Source: Cercozoa sp. M6MM
Lineage: Eukaryota > Protista > Endomyxa: Ascetosporea
Direction: 5' to 3' (one strand)
Length of the DNA: 47,462 bases
Assembly (NCBI GenBank): GCA_040357565.1
Contig: JBDODJ010000082.1
The position numbers were made by a program, and so were the translations under genes. Below, piece by piece: positions 10,713 to 25,479 of this stretch. The notes beneath the pieces were generated by a model. The model made no database searches. It was not told where the DNA came from and worked only from the letters and a program-made list of their open reading frames with translations. The first letter of the stretch is position 1. Each line of letters begins with the position of its first letter.

Positions 10713-13700
10713 CTACTTCGGCTCGTGAGCCTGAACTAACCATTTGATGCGAGCTGGTGTCTCGGCCTCATCCCGATCTTGAATCATGAACAAAAAAGCT
10801 GCTGAGAGACTCAGATTCAATCTCTGTCTGGTAGCGACAAGGATCTGCACAGGGCCCAACGCACAAGTAAACTCACAAGCCGAACCGAGAAAGACCTCGC
10901 ACAAGTGCCTCCTACCATCTACATCGCGGAGAAGTGTGTTGTCGCGACCAAACACGGCAAGCATGTGGTTGGCTCTCGTAAGGGCAACGTTCATGCGGCG
11001 AGATTCTTCACACACGCAAATTTACAAGCAGGCATTGTTTTATGGGGGTCAGTGTAATATAAGTTGACGCACCAGTGAGAAAACGATAGTTTGAAGTGCG
11101 TACGCAGGACAGCAACACAATATCAAAGCAGGCGCCTGCGTTTTAACATTCATTGAAACAGAATAATATCAAACAGTAAAGTCACAAGAGTGATACGCTG
11201 TGCAGTGTCGCTGTCGATTGTATGGAAGGCCAACCTCTCCCAAATCTTCGTCTGGTAGCGTCGGAATTCATACTTTTCCAACAGATGTTTCACCTGACAC
11301 ACATAGTATCATCAACGCAGACCTTGCATTGATGTGCGTGGATCTACTGTACCATCGTCTTCATGAGTCGAATCTGGCCTGTGTAGGGCGACAAAAAGCC
11401 AATGCTCGGCACTGCTTTGATCCAATTGCCTGCGATGGCGTCACGAGCGGAGTCCAAAATACGCTCAAGGTGCTTGGCAACGGCCCTGGCCTACCAAAGA
11501 ACACGAATCTTGACCATACCGGGAGCGTCAACTTGACTGCACAATACCTCCTTGTAGTTCTTGTATGACTGGTTCTGACAGATCTCCTCTGCACTGTCAC
11601 GAACGAAAACAAATCGGATCGTGTCTGTTGAAACAAATTAACTCATAAGTGCGCACATCTTCACACAAACTACAGTCTGACCAAAATGACGGCGAAGCTT
11701 TGACTCGTAGAGCCAGAAAAACTGGTGCTCCCACTGGTACTAACGAAAGCGAACAGTGGACAAACAAAAGCAAGGAGGAGAGTGAATGCACCTCATATGT
11801 GCTGACCTCGGCGCTATCGATGACATCGACACCGGTGTGCTTTCGGCGAAGATCGGCGATTCGCGGGTCCATTCTGTCCTGCCTCTGCAGTGCGACTGTG
11901 TGGTAACCCTTGTCCTTCGAAAGCCACACAAGCATACGCATGAACACAATTATTGTCAGTCAATGTACCATCAGTCGCTCGAATAGAGAAATCTGAAACG
12001 CGGGGATGGGCATCAGACTGGCCGGCACCGTTGCCTATATATGCATACAGTCATTCTATAAAGATTTATACGTAAGGTTGGTGAAGATGCATACTACCTG
12101 CAGACGAGTCGGGTCGCCCAGTAGCACGAACTTGTCACGACCAAGCGACACAGGAATCAAAGCCTGATACTCGTGCAACCTCACGGCGTCATCAATGACT
12201 ACGAAGAATACATGCACTATGCGATGGAGAGGAATACTGCAATGTACCCACTAAGTCGGGCTGCCATTTCGCACGCAGCTTGCCGGCAGCGGAAACCGTG
12301 CAGAAATGCAGCCTAGACGACCTACTATCATACCCATGCGCTGCACTTTTGATGTCCTCCACGCCGCCTTTCGTCGGTGCACACACCAGCACTGTCTTTT
12401 GGAGTGTCTGCAGGTGAAAAAACGACTCAGTACCCCATAGATTGGCAGAAAAATAGATCACCTGAGAATAGAACGTGAGCATCGCATTGATCAGTTGCAA
12501 CTTGTCTACAGCAAGAACACGAGTGGCTCGTCCCTCTATAAAAGACGAAAACTGTACCAGATTCGGTGCCAGGTGGTGTGCGAATCAATGTGACATGTTC
12601 GCTCTGATCGCACGCGCGCTGCAATGCGTCGCGCTGCGACTTGTTTAGGTTCCGGCTCAGCACACCAAGTGCCTGCGCAACCGAGCAAAATATGCAAAGT
12701 GTAAACACACACACACACACCATACACAGCACAGTGATTACCTCTTTCTCATTGTTAGACAGTGGGACAGCAAAAAAATTAAAATTGGCGGCAGCGTCGG
12801 CCAGAAGAAACGCCTGATTCGCCTTCAAACCTTCGATGGAATCAAAGTAGCGCTTCGTGTCGGTTCTGGGTACACAGACTCCAGTCAGTCAGGCCATGCA
12901 GATCGATCGATCAAGCACACAGTACAGTGAATGGAGATAGCGCAGCTTGACTCGAGGACATTCACTCTGCGACTGTGCTTGACGCATAGCGCGCGAGAAC
13001 GGGTGATTTTCTTCCGCCATCCACTCGATTTCCAGACAGGTTCCAAAGCGACCCGCAATGAAGCCGAACACTGCGTTGCGAGTTTGTACCGGATCCTCGA
13101 AGGACAGCAACACGATACCGTTAGGGATCAAGCCCTGAAAGATGCCAACGTAACAAAGCAGACACCCTATTGTTTGAATCAATCAGAGAGCACCTTGAGA
13201 CTTTCGCTGCTTTCAAACTCGGGATTGAGCTCACCGACGATAAAGTGCCGAACTTTGTCCTCTCCAGGCATAAACAAAGGCACCGCATCGTGACAAGGTT
13301 TCCTCGCTTGCATGCTGTTCTCAACAAGAAGGAACTATCCCACCACTGATTGCTGCGCAAGATATAACCGGTACCCGTGCGGACCCTCCAAGATGTTCGC
13401 CCAATCTCTGGCTTGCAGCTCGAACAAACCTGGGACGCCAAGAAATCTAACCTGATGTTTCTTCGTGTTCAAACAACAAGATGAGACAAAACGAACGACT
13501 GAAGCCGGTGTCGTAAGTCTGTAGCGACTTAGCGACTTGCGTGAACGCATCGCTATGCCCGTGTTTGTGCTCGTACTGCTCGAAAGAACGTTGCGGCGAT
13601 GAGCGGAGTAGCTTATCCTTGAACAGCTCAAAGCTTTGTTCTTCAGGGACCATCAAGGTCGGTCCAAATCTGCACAGTAGGAAAGAAAGAAAAAAATCAC

Positions 13701-13758
13701 AGAGAACAAAAAGCAAAAAGCAAGCAAAACAACAAACACACCCAGTCCTCCAGCTCAT
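10713..13758 (-). CDS. UPF1/SEN1/DNA2-family (SF1B, AAA_11/AAA_12) helicase-like protein with degenerate ATPase motifs
   Basis: Spliced motifs: Q LNKSQRDAL; I TLIRTPPGTESDKL; Ia VLVCAPT; II VVIDDAV..EYQALIPV; III LLGDPTRL; IV LQRQDRMDPRI; V HTIDS..FDIVLLSCVR; VI RRMNVALTRANHML. Confidence 0.85.
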
Positions 13759-14111
13759 TTGCCGTAAAATTGAGGCTAATAACAGCCGTGCGCCAGTTTT
13801 AATTCCGATTACAGTGGGACTCTACCCTCAATAATGCAGTATCGATACCGTACAGGACAATTGAAGCAATTTTCTGTTTTTGTTTTTCCAAAGCGATCCG
13901 AACGGTGCGTGAAAAATGCTTAAAGTGAAGTTGTCATAGCGCTGCATCTGCGTCTGCTAGCAGTGACGAACTGCTACTCGACTACAGCACATCTTTATAC
14001 ACAAACTGTACAGTTTGTTTAGTAGCGCAGGTTTAATCAAAGGCCATGTCATGTGTTTGACGTTAGTGAGGGTGGCGTTGCTTGCAAATTGATGCACGGC
14101 ATATACTCGGC

Positions 14112-16719
<2,608 letters not shown>

Positions 16720-17436
16720 GTACTTTCTTGCCACTCCGCCATGAACCTATCCAGACACGACTGACATCACATGCACAGGTAGTGATCACACATTGGACGA
16801 ACCACAGAGATGCAACTGATCGCCAGATGCGTCAGCAAGAGACCCGTTCGAAGTCGAGGCATCGGAGAGCTTGCCTTGCCTTTGCCTAAAGTTGTGAAGC
16901 AAGCTTAAAACTGTCCGAAAACACTGAGGGTTGATGATGCAATGAATGTTCGATCAATCAACGTCACTTTGTTGTTTTTCAGTATGATTGGGTTCTGCTA
17001 CTGGAACAATGCAGCTGCAATCGTACCTTTGTTAAGCAGAACGCACGTGGCCCTTGTGCGATCAAACAACTGTAGGATCTGGGTTCGGCATATTTGGGGA
17101 TCATTTTCGCCAGCCAACGCGTTCTCGATAGTCAGTCACAACCCAATTCCCGACGATGACATCACCTAGCGGTGCCAAACACCACTCATTGGGAAACTTT
17201 TGGAAGCCGACAGCGCTGACTCTGCCACGCAGCTCCTTCAACATGCTCTCGGCTATGCCAGCAGCGTCTTTAACGCAGTAAACTTTCGAACGTGTTTATG
17301 TACTCGAGTTTTCCCGTAGTTTTTGCTTACAGTAGTTTTTCGTGCGATGTATGCTCAAAGTCAGTGTAAAAGTAACGTAACTACCGTACGTGACGTAGCC
17401 AACACTACAGTAGTTCGGAGGTACGGTAGGGCACAC

Positions 17437-18186
17437 TCACTGAGTCTTGCGTTTCGTTGCCGAGGTAGGCGGACGCATCAGTACGCTGCACAGGTCGCGG
17501 ATCGCCAGCAACGGAATGCTGCGCACATAGGACACAAAGGGACTGACAAAAATAACAAGTGGACTCGTCAGTGCGTACATGATCCACATGGCGTTGGGCA
17601 GCAGGAACATCTGCAGGAACTCCTGCTGCGACACGGGCAGTCCGTCCTGGGAGATTTCGAGCGTCACGTTGGCCATGTAGGACACGGTCTTCCACAGCAC
17701 CATCGTGTTGACCACCAAGAAGGTCTGACCAATGATTGCTTCTAGTACAGGGGAAGGGGTGCGGGGAAGGGGTAACTCACCAGTGCAGACGCACGCGGCG
17801 ACGACTTGCGACGCAGAGCAGCGACACAGAAGAGCGCAATCTCGACGATGCACATGACCTGCATAATCACAGGCGCCAGTGCCGACGCATCGCCGTACTC
17901 GGGGTCGATTTTCACATACACCTGTAACACAGTAGCAGGATACACTGCCCTCTGTTTCAAGGACACACGACCAAGTGGCGGTACCGGATGGGCAGGGAAG
18001 TACTCGGCCAGATCACCTCCCGGTAGTGAGCGCGGTCGCAGGAAAATGAAAGCCACGTCATACAGCACCATGAGTGAGGACTAACGTGCACGGCAGCGTC
18101 ACAATCATGCAGCAAAGCAGCAAAGCAAGGACAACGAAACAAGTCTGTACCAGCAAGCCCCAGACTGAGTGCAAAACTGAAACCAT
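17437..18186 (-). CDS. EXPERA/emopamil-binding-protein-like ER membrane protein
   Basis: Spliced MVSVLHSVWGLL|SSLMVLYDVAFIFLRPRSLPGG..|VYVKIDPEYGD..VE..|..VLWKTVSY..FLLPNAMWI; C-terminal KRKTQ* fits the KxKxx ER-retrieval signal. Confidence 0.8.
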
Positions 18187-18380
18187 TTCCGTTTGATAGC
18201 ACTTTTACAGGCTGGAAAGATAGCAAGCACACTGGCACACTAACGCTTGTGGTGTAACTTCCAAATGCAGTTTTTGTAATTCTCGCACCGGCAGTACAGC
18301 AAAAAAAATAAATCCGCTTGTATCATTGCTCGAATACATGTAGCACACAGCTAGTGGCTGACAGCTCTGCGAGTTTTGTT

Positions 18381-20845
18381 TCAGCAAAGTTCATCAAGGG
18401 AGTCGGATGATGAAGAGGAGAGGTCGACATTGAAGGCCTTGTATGCTCCCAAATTTACACTGTCGCTCGCTGCATCCCGGCCAGTATGTTGACTCACCCC
18501 CTCTGGAGTCGGGCTAGCGTCCATCTTTTTGGCGTCCTTGGTCGGAGAAACACAGACAACGCTTCTCCTCGGACTGCTTGGGTGAATGGTCTTTGGCTGC
18601 GCGACGAGTTCGATTCGCGCGAAGCTCTCACCGTCGCATGCCAGTTTGCGAGGAAGTGTGTGCGACTGCGAGCGCGAGTGCGACGGCGTTGACTTCGAAG
18701 TGCTTCGTGCACTCGGCAGTGGCGAAGAGTACAAACGCACATGCAGCAGTTCGGCTAGCCCCTTCAGTCGCTCTCGCGTCTCCATAGCATTTGCATCTCT
18801 ACCCAGAAATAAGAAAATTTAGAATGCTCGGTGCGGACGAAAACAAAATTTAGTACTGTATGGTACCCTGGAGTTTGCAAGAGGGCGTTCATGTCATTCA
18901 GCAGTCGCGAGATGGCCAATTTGACCTCGTCTTCCGGTTCTTCGCGGTGCTGCAAGTTCTCCACGACCTGTCGCGCCTCGCGAAGCTGCTTCTGAAGTTC
19001 CCTGACCTCGCGCTGCAGTCGCTGCTGTTCGTTTCGAAGAGCGAGGTTTCCAGTGGGATGAAAGCTCTCTGCAATTTTCGACGTCGACGTTATCGCAGCA
19101 GGTGAGGTTTTTGGGCGCTTTGTGAGCACTGGAGCCGAGGCACTCTTCTTGGGTCCGCGCTGAGTCAATGGTCGCGCCGAAGTGAGCGAACTGATGCTGC
19201 TGCTGTCCATTCGTTGCAATGCGAGTGCCTGTTTCAAGGTCGCAGAGAGTGTATATAAATCTCAAGCGGAATCTCAGTCAGACATGATATGTACTGTACC
19301 GAGGCTAAAGCAGCCGGCGTGGGAGGCGCGAAGGTGTCGAGCTCCTTGCTTCGTATCTTTCGGTACTCGTCAGCGAGAGCCGTGGCTTGCAGTGGGTGTG
19401 TGGCGCTGACGTGAGTTGTTCCCTTGTCCAGTTCAAGCACCGAGCAACTGGGCGTAACAACAATGTGCGAAGCAAAGCTCTCCGACTTCTTGAGACGCTG
19501 CTCTTTGGGAACATACAACTTCTGTGCGTTCTCAAATGCCAGTTTCTCCAACCGCGAGAGTTCATTGTCGACGTCGAGTCCTGTGAAGTCGTCTTCGTGG
19601 TCCAGCGGCCACACACCGTGCTGCTGTGCGCTTCTCACCGCTTCTTCCTCGTGTGCAATGCAGAAGTGAAGGAACTCCATGTGTCGCCGCAGCCACTGCT
19701 TCACATCTACGACTTCATTCACCAGAAACTGCCGTTCGTCGAGCTTTGCGTCCAAACGACGCTGTCTGTCATTGAGGCGACGCTGTAGCTTTTGCACATC
19801 TTTCTCGAGATTTGAAGAATGTGTTCGCAGGAAGTCCAGTTCCGACGCCACTGCCTTCTGGTTCAGTGCAGCGTCTTGAGCCGCACGCTCACTCTTTTTC
19901 TGAGCCTTTTTGAGGTCGCCTTCCACTCGGTGAAGTCGAAGCTGAAAGCCTCGCACTAGCTCTTGCTCGTGCCGACGTAGTATTTTTGCAGTGCTTTCTC
20001 GCAACGAATTGACCGCAGTGGTCACATTCGAAGCGATTCCGCGAACATTGCTCATCTCTTCGCTTGGATCAAACGTTGCGATGGAGTCAACGTCTTCTTT
20101 TCTCTCGTCCTCTGTTCGAAGTGAGGTGGTAGACGAGGATTCCAATGCCCGCAGTGCGTTGCGAAACACTCTTGTTGGTATCGGATGGATTCTCATCTGC
20201 GTCAGAGCCGACTTTAGTGTATCGTCGTCCTCAGTCGACAAATCGCCGATTGAAATACACGCCAGACTGGAAGCGGCGCTACCTTCTCGAGACTCACTGT
20301 TAATCTCATCAAGAGGAAGTGCGTTGGCAAGCTTCGTGTCAGAGGCTCGCACAATGCGTAAGAGTTGTTCCTGTTTGTGATACAGTGCGAAGGAACGTGC
20401 AATCTGTTTCAAGACCCAGGTGGTCGAGGTGAAATTAGTTTACCAACTGAGCGATTCGTTCCAAACACGCTTCAAGCTTTTCGCGAAGAAGACGTTGTCT
20501 GCGGAGTTGAATTTCGTCGCGCTGTTTCGCTTCAGTCGCTGCCTGCGCCTTGGCTGCTGCGATGAGACGAAATCGACGCAGGACATCGTTGTACATGACG
20601 CTGGTAGAACGACCACCGAGCGAGACGGTGCTAGCTTCCAACGATAACGCACGCTGCTCTCGCACCGACTCACAGGCTTCAACGAGGCCCGACTTTCCGC
20701 GCAGTGTCAGTGGACCAGGGCTGCTCAAAAACGACTATCAATGGAAACGTTAACAACAGGCAGCAACCAAAACTGAGTGCCAGGTCGCTCGATACCGATC
20801 ATCTCGCACTCGACTTCTGAAGCCTTTCGATTTCGCTTTCTGCAT
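18381..20845 (-). CDS. Large coiled-coil protein, multi-exon; start approximate
   Basis: Long ORFs 20435-20728, 19234-20412, 18764-19237 and 18381-18785 are colinear and joinable by GT-AG introns; heptad-rich segments such as ILRRHEQELVRGFQLRLHRVEGDL and LRNEQQRLQREVRELQKQL. Confidence 0.7.
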
Positions 20846-21106
20846 TGCACTCCGTGCATGAGCCTAATCTGGTGCTTTAAGCACAGCTGCGCGTGGTGTT
20901 GTACTGAGTGCAGTCGACGTGGGCGAAACGCTTCATTGAGCGTTTCCTGTAGGTTGGTCCTGAGATTGTCAGAGTACTGATCTCGAGCCTTAGGATTTGG
21001 AACTGAACTGGCTTGCAATTGGCCATCAATCAAGAAAGACGTTCAAGTCCGGTACTGCAGTTTCATGTTCTTACGAGTTTAGAGTGGCAAAACTAAGTGC
21101 GTTGCT

Positions 21107-22933
21107 TCAGTCCGGCCTTGTTTCTGTTTGCCCTTTTGAATTCAGTTTCAGTTCAAGTGAGGATTTCCCCACGCCCGCGTGCTTCTGCGCATCACGATCA
21201 TATTCAACAGTGAACATGACGGAATTCCCCTATGCCATGCGAAGGAATTTGTAATACAACTTTGCGGCGTTTGGGCTCAGGCTACAGAAAACAGGGTTGA
21301 ACGGAAAGCGCAGCACACGACTGCTTCGGGACTGAAAGTACTGTACCACTGAAGTGCTTATAGCGTCTTGAAGTAGTTTTTTTAGAGCGGGAACTTCGTG
21401 CTCTCTGGCAGCAACGTCGGCGATGGGCTGCAACGCCGCGTGATTCAGCAGAACCAACGTTGCTCCTTCGACGAGTTCACACGGCGAGGAGCTTTCCGTG
21501 TTTTTGGAGATGAAGAAGAGGTCCGGGTCGCGCATCGTTGCTTGAAGCACGTACAACAGAATGCAGCGCAGAGCGCACTTGGGCCCGTTTTGAAGCTTTT
21601 GTTGCAAACCGTGAACGCACGCTTGTATCAGGTGCACCGTCAAAGGTGCGTTGAGACTAGACAGCTCCAGGCGATTCTGGATGTCCAAAAGCAACGGGAT
21701 GCCAATCAAGTCGTCACAAGTCGGAAGCACTCGGAACCGCGCTTTACCGGCATCATTCACTTCGAGACCGAACACGTGGTAGTACTGCAAGCCCAAACGA
21801 TTTATCCCCTCTCGTAAGAAAGCAGAGAACCTGAGGAATTGAGACTGACCAGGGCAATGAGACGCGACTTGATGTCATTGTCAACTTTCGCAAACGCTTC
21901 CGCATCCAGATAAAACTCGTTGAAGTGTCTTATCGCATGGTAGGCAACGCAGAAATCCACCTTGCAGAACACGTGTTCGTTCGTCTTCAAGCACACAGCT
22001 TTGAGATCATCGCTTTGCAGGAGTCTGTCGAGCAATGTAATCCATCGAACGCCCAGTACTTCACCAAATGCGCCGAAGGTATCGAGAACGACAGCACGCA
22101 ATTCTTCTGCCTCAGGTGGGAACTCCACTCCCAGTAGGTAACAGTGTCTCAGTGCCGTCGCGAAGCTTTCTTGCAAGTCTTCCGGTGCCATGTCGTCTCC
22201 GACATGCGCATTCATGGTGAGGACCCAGATGAGCACACGAACATCTGGGGCTAGATCGCACCATGCTTCTGCCAAACCAGTTGCGTCCTCCTGGCCGACT
22301 GCAGCAACTGTACAATGCGCAGGTAAACGCTAAGACAGTTTTTAAACTGAAAGTCGTTCACAAACGTACGATCGAGTTGCCAGTAAAACAGAGGCAAGTC
22401 ATTGCTCTCCAGCGCTGGCAACAAGTCGTTGCGGAAGTGCGCATGTGCTTCACGAACCACAAGTGGCACACGATCACGTGGCAGATGGTCAAGTATTAAA
22501 TGCGACAGGTGCATCGATACATCGCGACCTATGTTACCAGGCAGCAGGGAAACTGTAAATTACTTGCGAGATGCAGGTAGACTGACAAACACCGTTGGTG
22601 TACCGTACCGCAAAAGTGTCGTGTAGTGTCAATGCAAGCCACATACATCAACAGGTCACAATGTCGCAAGAGCTGCTCTTCTTGTTGCATCTGCAGTTTC
22701 ACAAAGCTTGCAATCTCGTCACGAAGTAGATTTCTCATCTCTGTCGAGTCGTACTCTCCAAAAGAAGGCACCGATCTTGAGGTGCCACTGTTATTCGCCG
22801 AATCAGTAGAGCTTTCATTTGCACCGACCTCCACTCGGTATTCTCGATACTGTAGCAGGCACGAGCACATGAATTGTACAACGTCATCGAGGACGTTTCG
22901 GCGTTCTTCCCGGCTGGTAACCTCGTCTGCCAT
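21107..22933 (-). CDS. Orphan tandem paralog 1 (helical protein, C-terminal NLS PEPKRRK); 3' end approximate
   Basis: Shares ERRxxLxxV..FM..CL..Y, HCDxLxY, WCxL..DVRVxIW, YYHxFGLE and PCEL blocks with paralogs 2 and 3. Confidence 0.8.
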
Positions 22934-23388
22934 CTTTTTCAGTTGCCGGAGCGCAGATTACGCCGAATTCTGCTACTGTATCGTGTTATAGTGAAAAGCA
23001 AGCTGAACTGTCATTGGCAGCAGTGAAACGCCGAAATGACGTTTCATCTCCTCGCGCCTCGCTCGCACTGAGCCGACCCGACGAAGAGATGCGACTAATG
23101 TTCCCTACAGTAGAACCGAACTCGAGCCTGTAGTAAAATGCTACGGTGCTCCACGGCTAGATCAATTTCAGACGGTAGACGAACTGATATTTCGTGCCCG
23201 TCGATACAGAAGCTTCGAATCAACGACTGACAGTTTTTCACGGTCAGACAGTGGCAGCATCGAGTTGTTTTCAAATTAAGTCAGTTCTACCAAAACCAAA
23301 CGGTACATGAACCAGCTGTACAGTTTCAAAAAGTGACGATGATACCAGTTCTTCAGAGACAGGTGCCGCCTCGTGGTGCTACAGCACA

Positions 23389-25203
23389 TTACGGTTTAAT
23401 GGCTTCAACCGCGTTGGACTAGCGGAAGGTCGCAGTAAACCTGAGCAAAGGCTCAAGTTAGTGCAGGGAAACTACCGTTTTACGTCGTTTTCGCTCAGGC
23501 TAAAGCAATAAAACTTACTCTCATCAGTCAGCTGCAAGTGGGTGTCGTTTACAAGCGGGGATGACAGTTTTACCTCAATACTGTTCAGAGCGTCTTCAAT
23601 GACTTTCTTGAGTCCATCGTCAGCAGCAGAAGCAACCGAAAGCAGCAAGGGTTTGTTTAGTGTGATCAAAGCTTCGTCTTCTTCATTTTCGAGCAACTCA
23701 CAAGGCGAAGTGTTCTGTTCATACAACAGTTTTCTCATATATACAACACATAATATATAGGCATCGGTTGAAGGGTACTTCTTCGTCCAAGGTGAGCGCA
23801 AAGCGACTTTGAAACTGCAACACTGGTTTGAGCACGTACTGCAGCGTTCTGCGCACTGCCTGTTCTGTCTCCTTCTGCAACGAGGGTTCTTGCAACGCGT
23901 TGTCGCACGCTTTGATAAAATGCACGACGAAAGCGGCGTTGTGGCGCGACACTTCGAGCAGCACTTCAAGGTCCAAGAGCAAGCACACGCCGATCATCTC
24001 GTCGCGAGGAAGCGTTCGGAACTGAACTGTTTTCGCTTCTTTGTTCACCTCGAGGCCGAACAAGTAGTGGTACTACAGGCAGTTATACTCAAAGGTGCTA
24101 GAGTTAGTGCCGATTCTAATTGGCTGTACCAACTGAGCGACTCGCAATTTCGTCTGCAGATTCGCAATTTCGTCAAAGGCGTCTGCATCGTAGAGAAACT
24201 CGCCAAAGTGTTTCGTTAAATGATAGGCCAGCGAGAAGGACAGTCGGGCGAAAGCAGAGTCCCAGGATTTAAGGCACAGGCCGTAGAACTCCTTTCCTTG
24301 CAACAATCGGTCGAGAAACGCCGTCCAGTCGATCTTCTCGGGTGACTTGTGCATGTCGGCGATCATTAGACGGAAGTTCTCGCATTCGGGGGGAAACTGC
24401 ACTTCCTGCAGACTGCAACGAGCGAGAGCATCGACAAAGCCTTGAATCAAGTCGTCCGACGCGATGTCCTCGCCGAGGTAGGTGTTCATTCCGAGCACCC
24501 AGATGTAGACACGAGCATCGGCAGGTAGTTTACACCAAGACGTTGCCAGAGCAGTCGAATTGTCCTTGGCAATGATTGCGTCTCCTAAAGTTCAAACTGA
24601 GGCATTGTGTTCATTGACATGGTCATAAAGATCTCGTACTGTCCAGGTCCGAGTATGTGTACAGCACAGAGTATGTCGCGAGCTGCGGCAACACTTTATT
24701 GCCGAAGTGCTGATGCGCGATACGTACTTCACGAGGTACAATCGGCAGAGCTTCGAGAATGAGGTGCGAGACGTGCATCGACACACCGTGGCCTGTGTGC
24801 CAAAATCTAAATTAAACTTACTGAAAGCAAAAGCAAAAAACTAAACTGAACCCGCAATCTCCCGTAGCTTTTCGAAGCAGCCGATGTAGATCAACATATC
24901 ACAGTGATCGTACAGTTTGACCCCTTCCAAAGGCTGTGATTGCACAAAGCTTTCGATGTCAACTCGAAGCAGATCCCGCACTTCGTAGTCAAGAAAATCG
25001 GTCGGATTCGCTTCGGGGTCGATTTCACCTGCGGCCACAAAAGCGTCGCGCGCACAGTCAAAAGCAGCCGTGATGTTCTCACTTTCCGCAGTTTCTTCGC
25101 TTTGATTTCGATCGCGATACTTGACGAGACACTTTCGCATGAAGGCAGAGACCACCTCAAGCACCTTCAATCGTTCATTTCGAGAAGTGTCTTGACAAGA
25201 CAT
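23389..25203 (-). CDS. Orphan tandem paralog 2 (NLS PERKRRK); 3' end approximate
   Basis: Same conserved blocks and largely the same exon structure as paralogs 1 and 3. Confidence 0.8.
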
Positions 25204-25479
25204 GATCACTGGCAGTTTTAATTTGCAACAGACCGCAGCAAACCCCAGCTTGATTATCTAAACAGATCTCACGAATCCACAGTCTATATGCACACTTACA
25301 CTTACAGACTGGGCAGCGGCTTCATAACTTAAATTTTATCAGTTTGTTCAGTTTAGCTGAAACTATCCCAGCACTCCGAGTTGCTAGTCTGCAGTGGGCG
25401 TTCGTCGTAAAACAACTGGGCTATAATGTACAAAGATTCTCTGATCCTACTCGATTCTTCCGTCGGCATATTCAGTTGA

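Noticed and set aside
24073-24075. Apparent premature TAG in paralog 2 where the other copies read LQYY
   Set aside because: The CAG/TAG is the 3' splice acceptor in all three paralogs; the exon begins at the Tyr.
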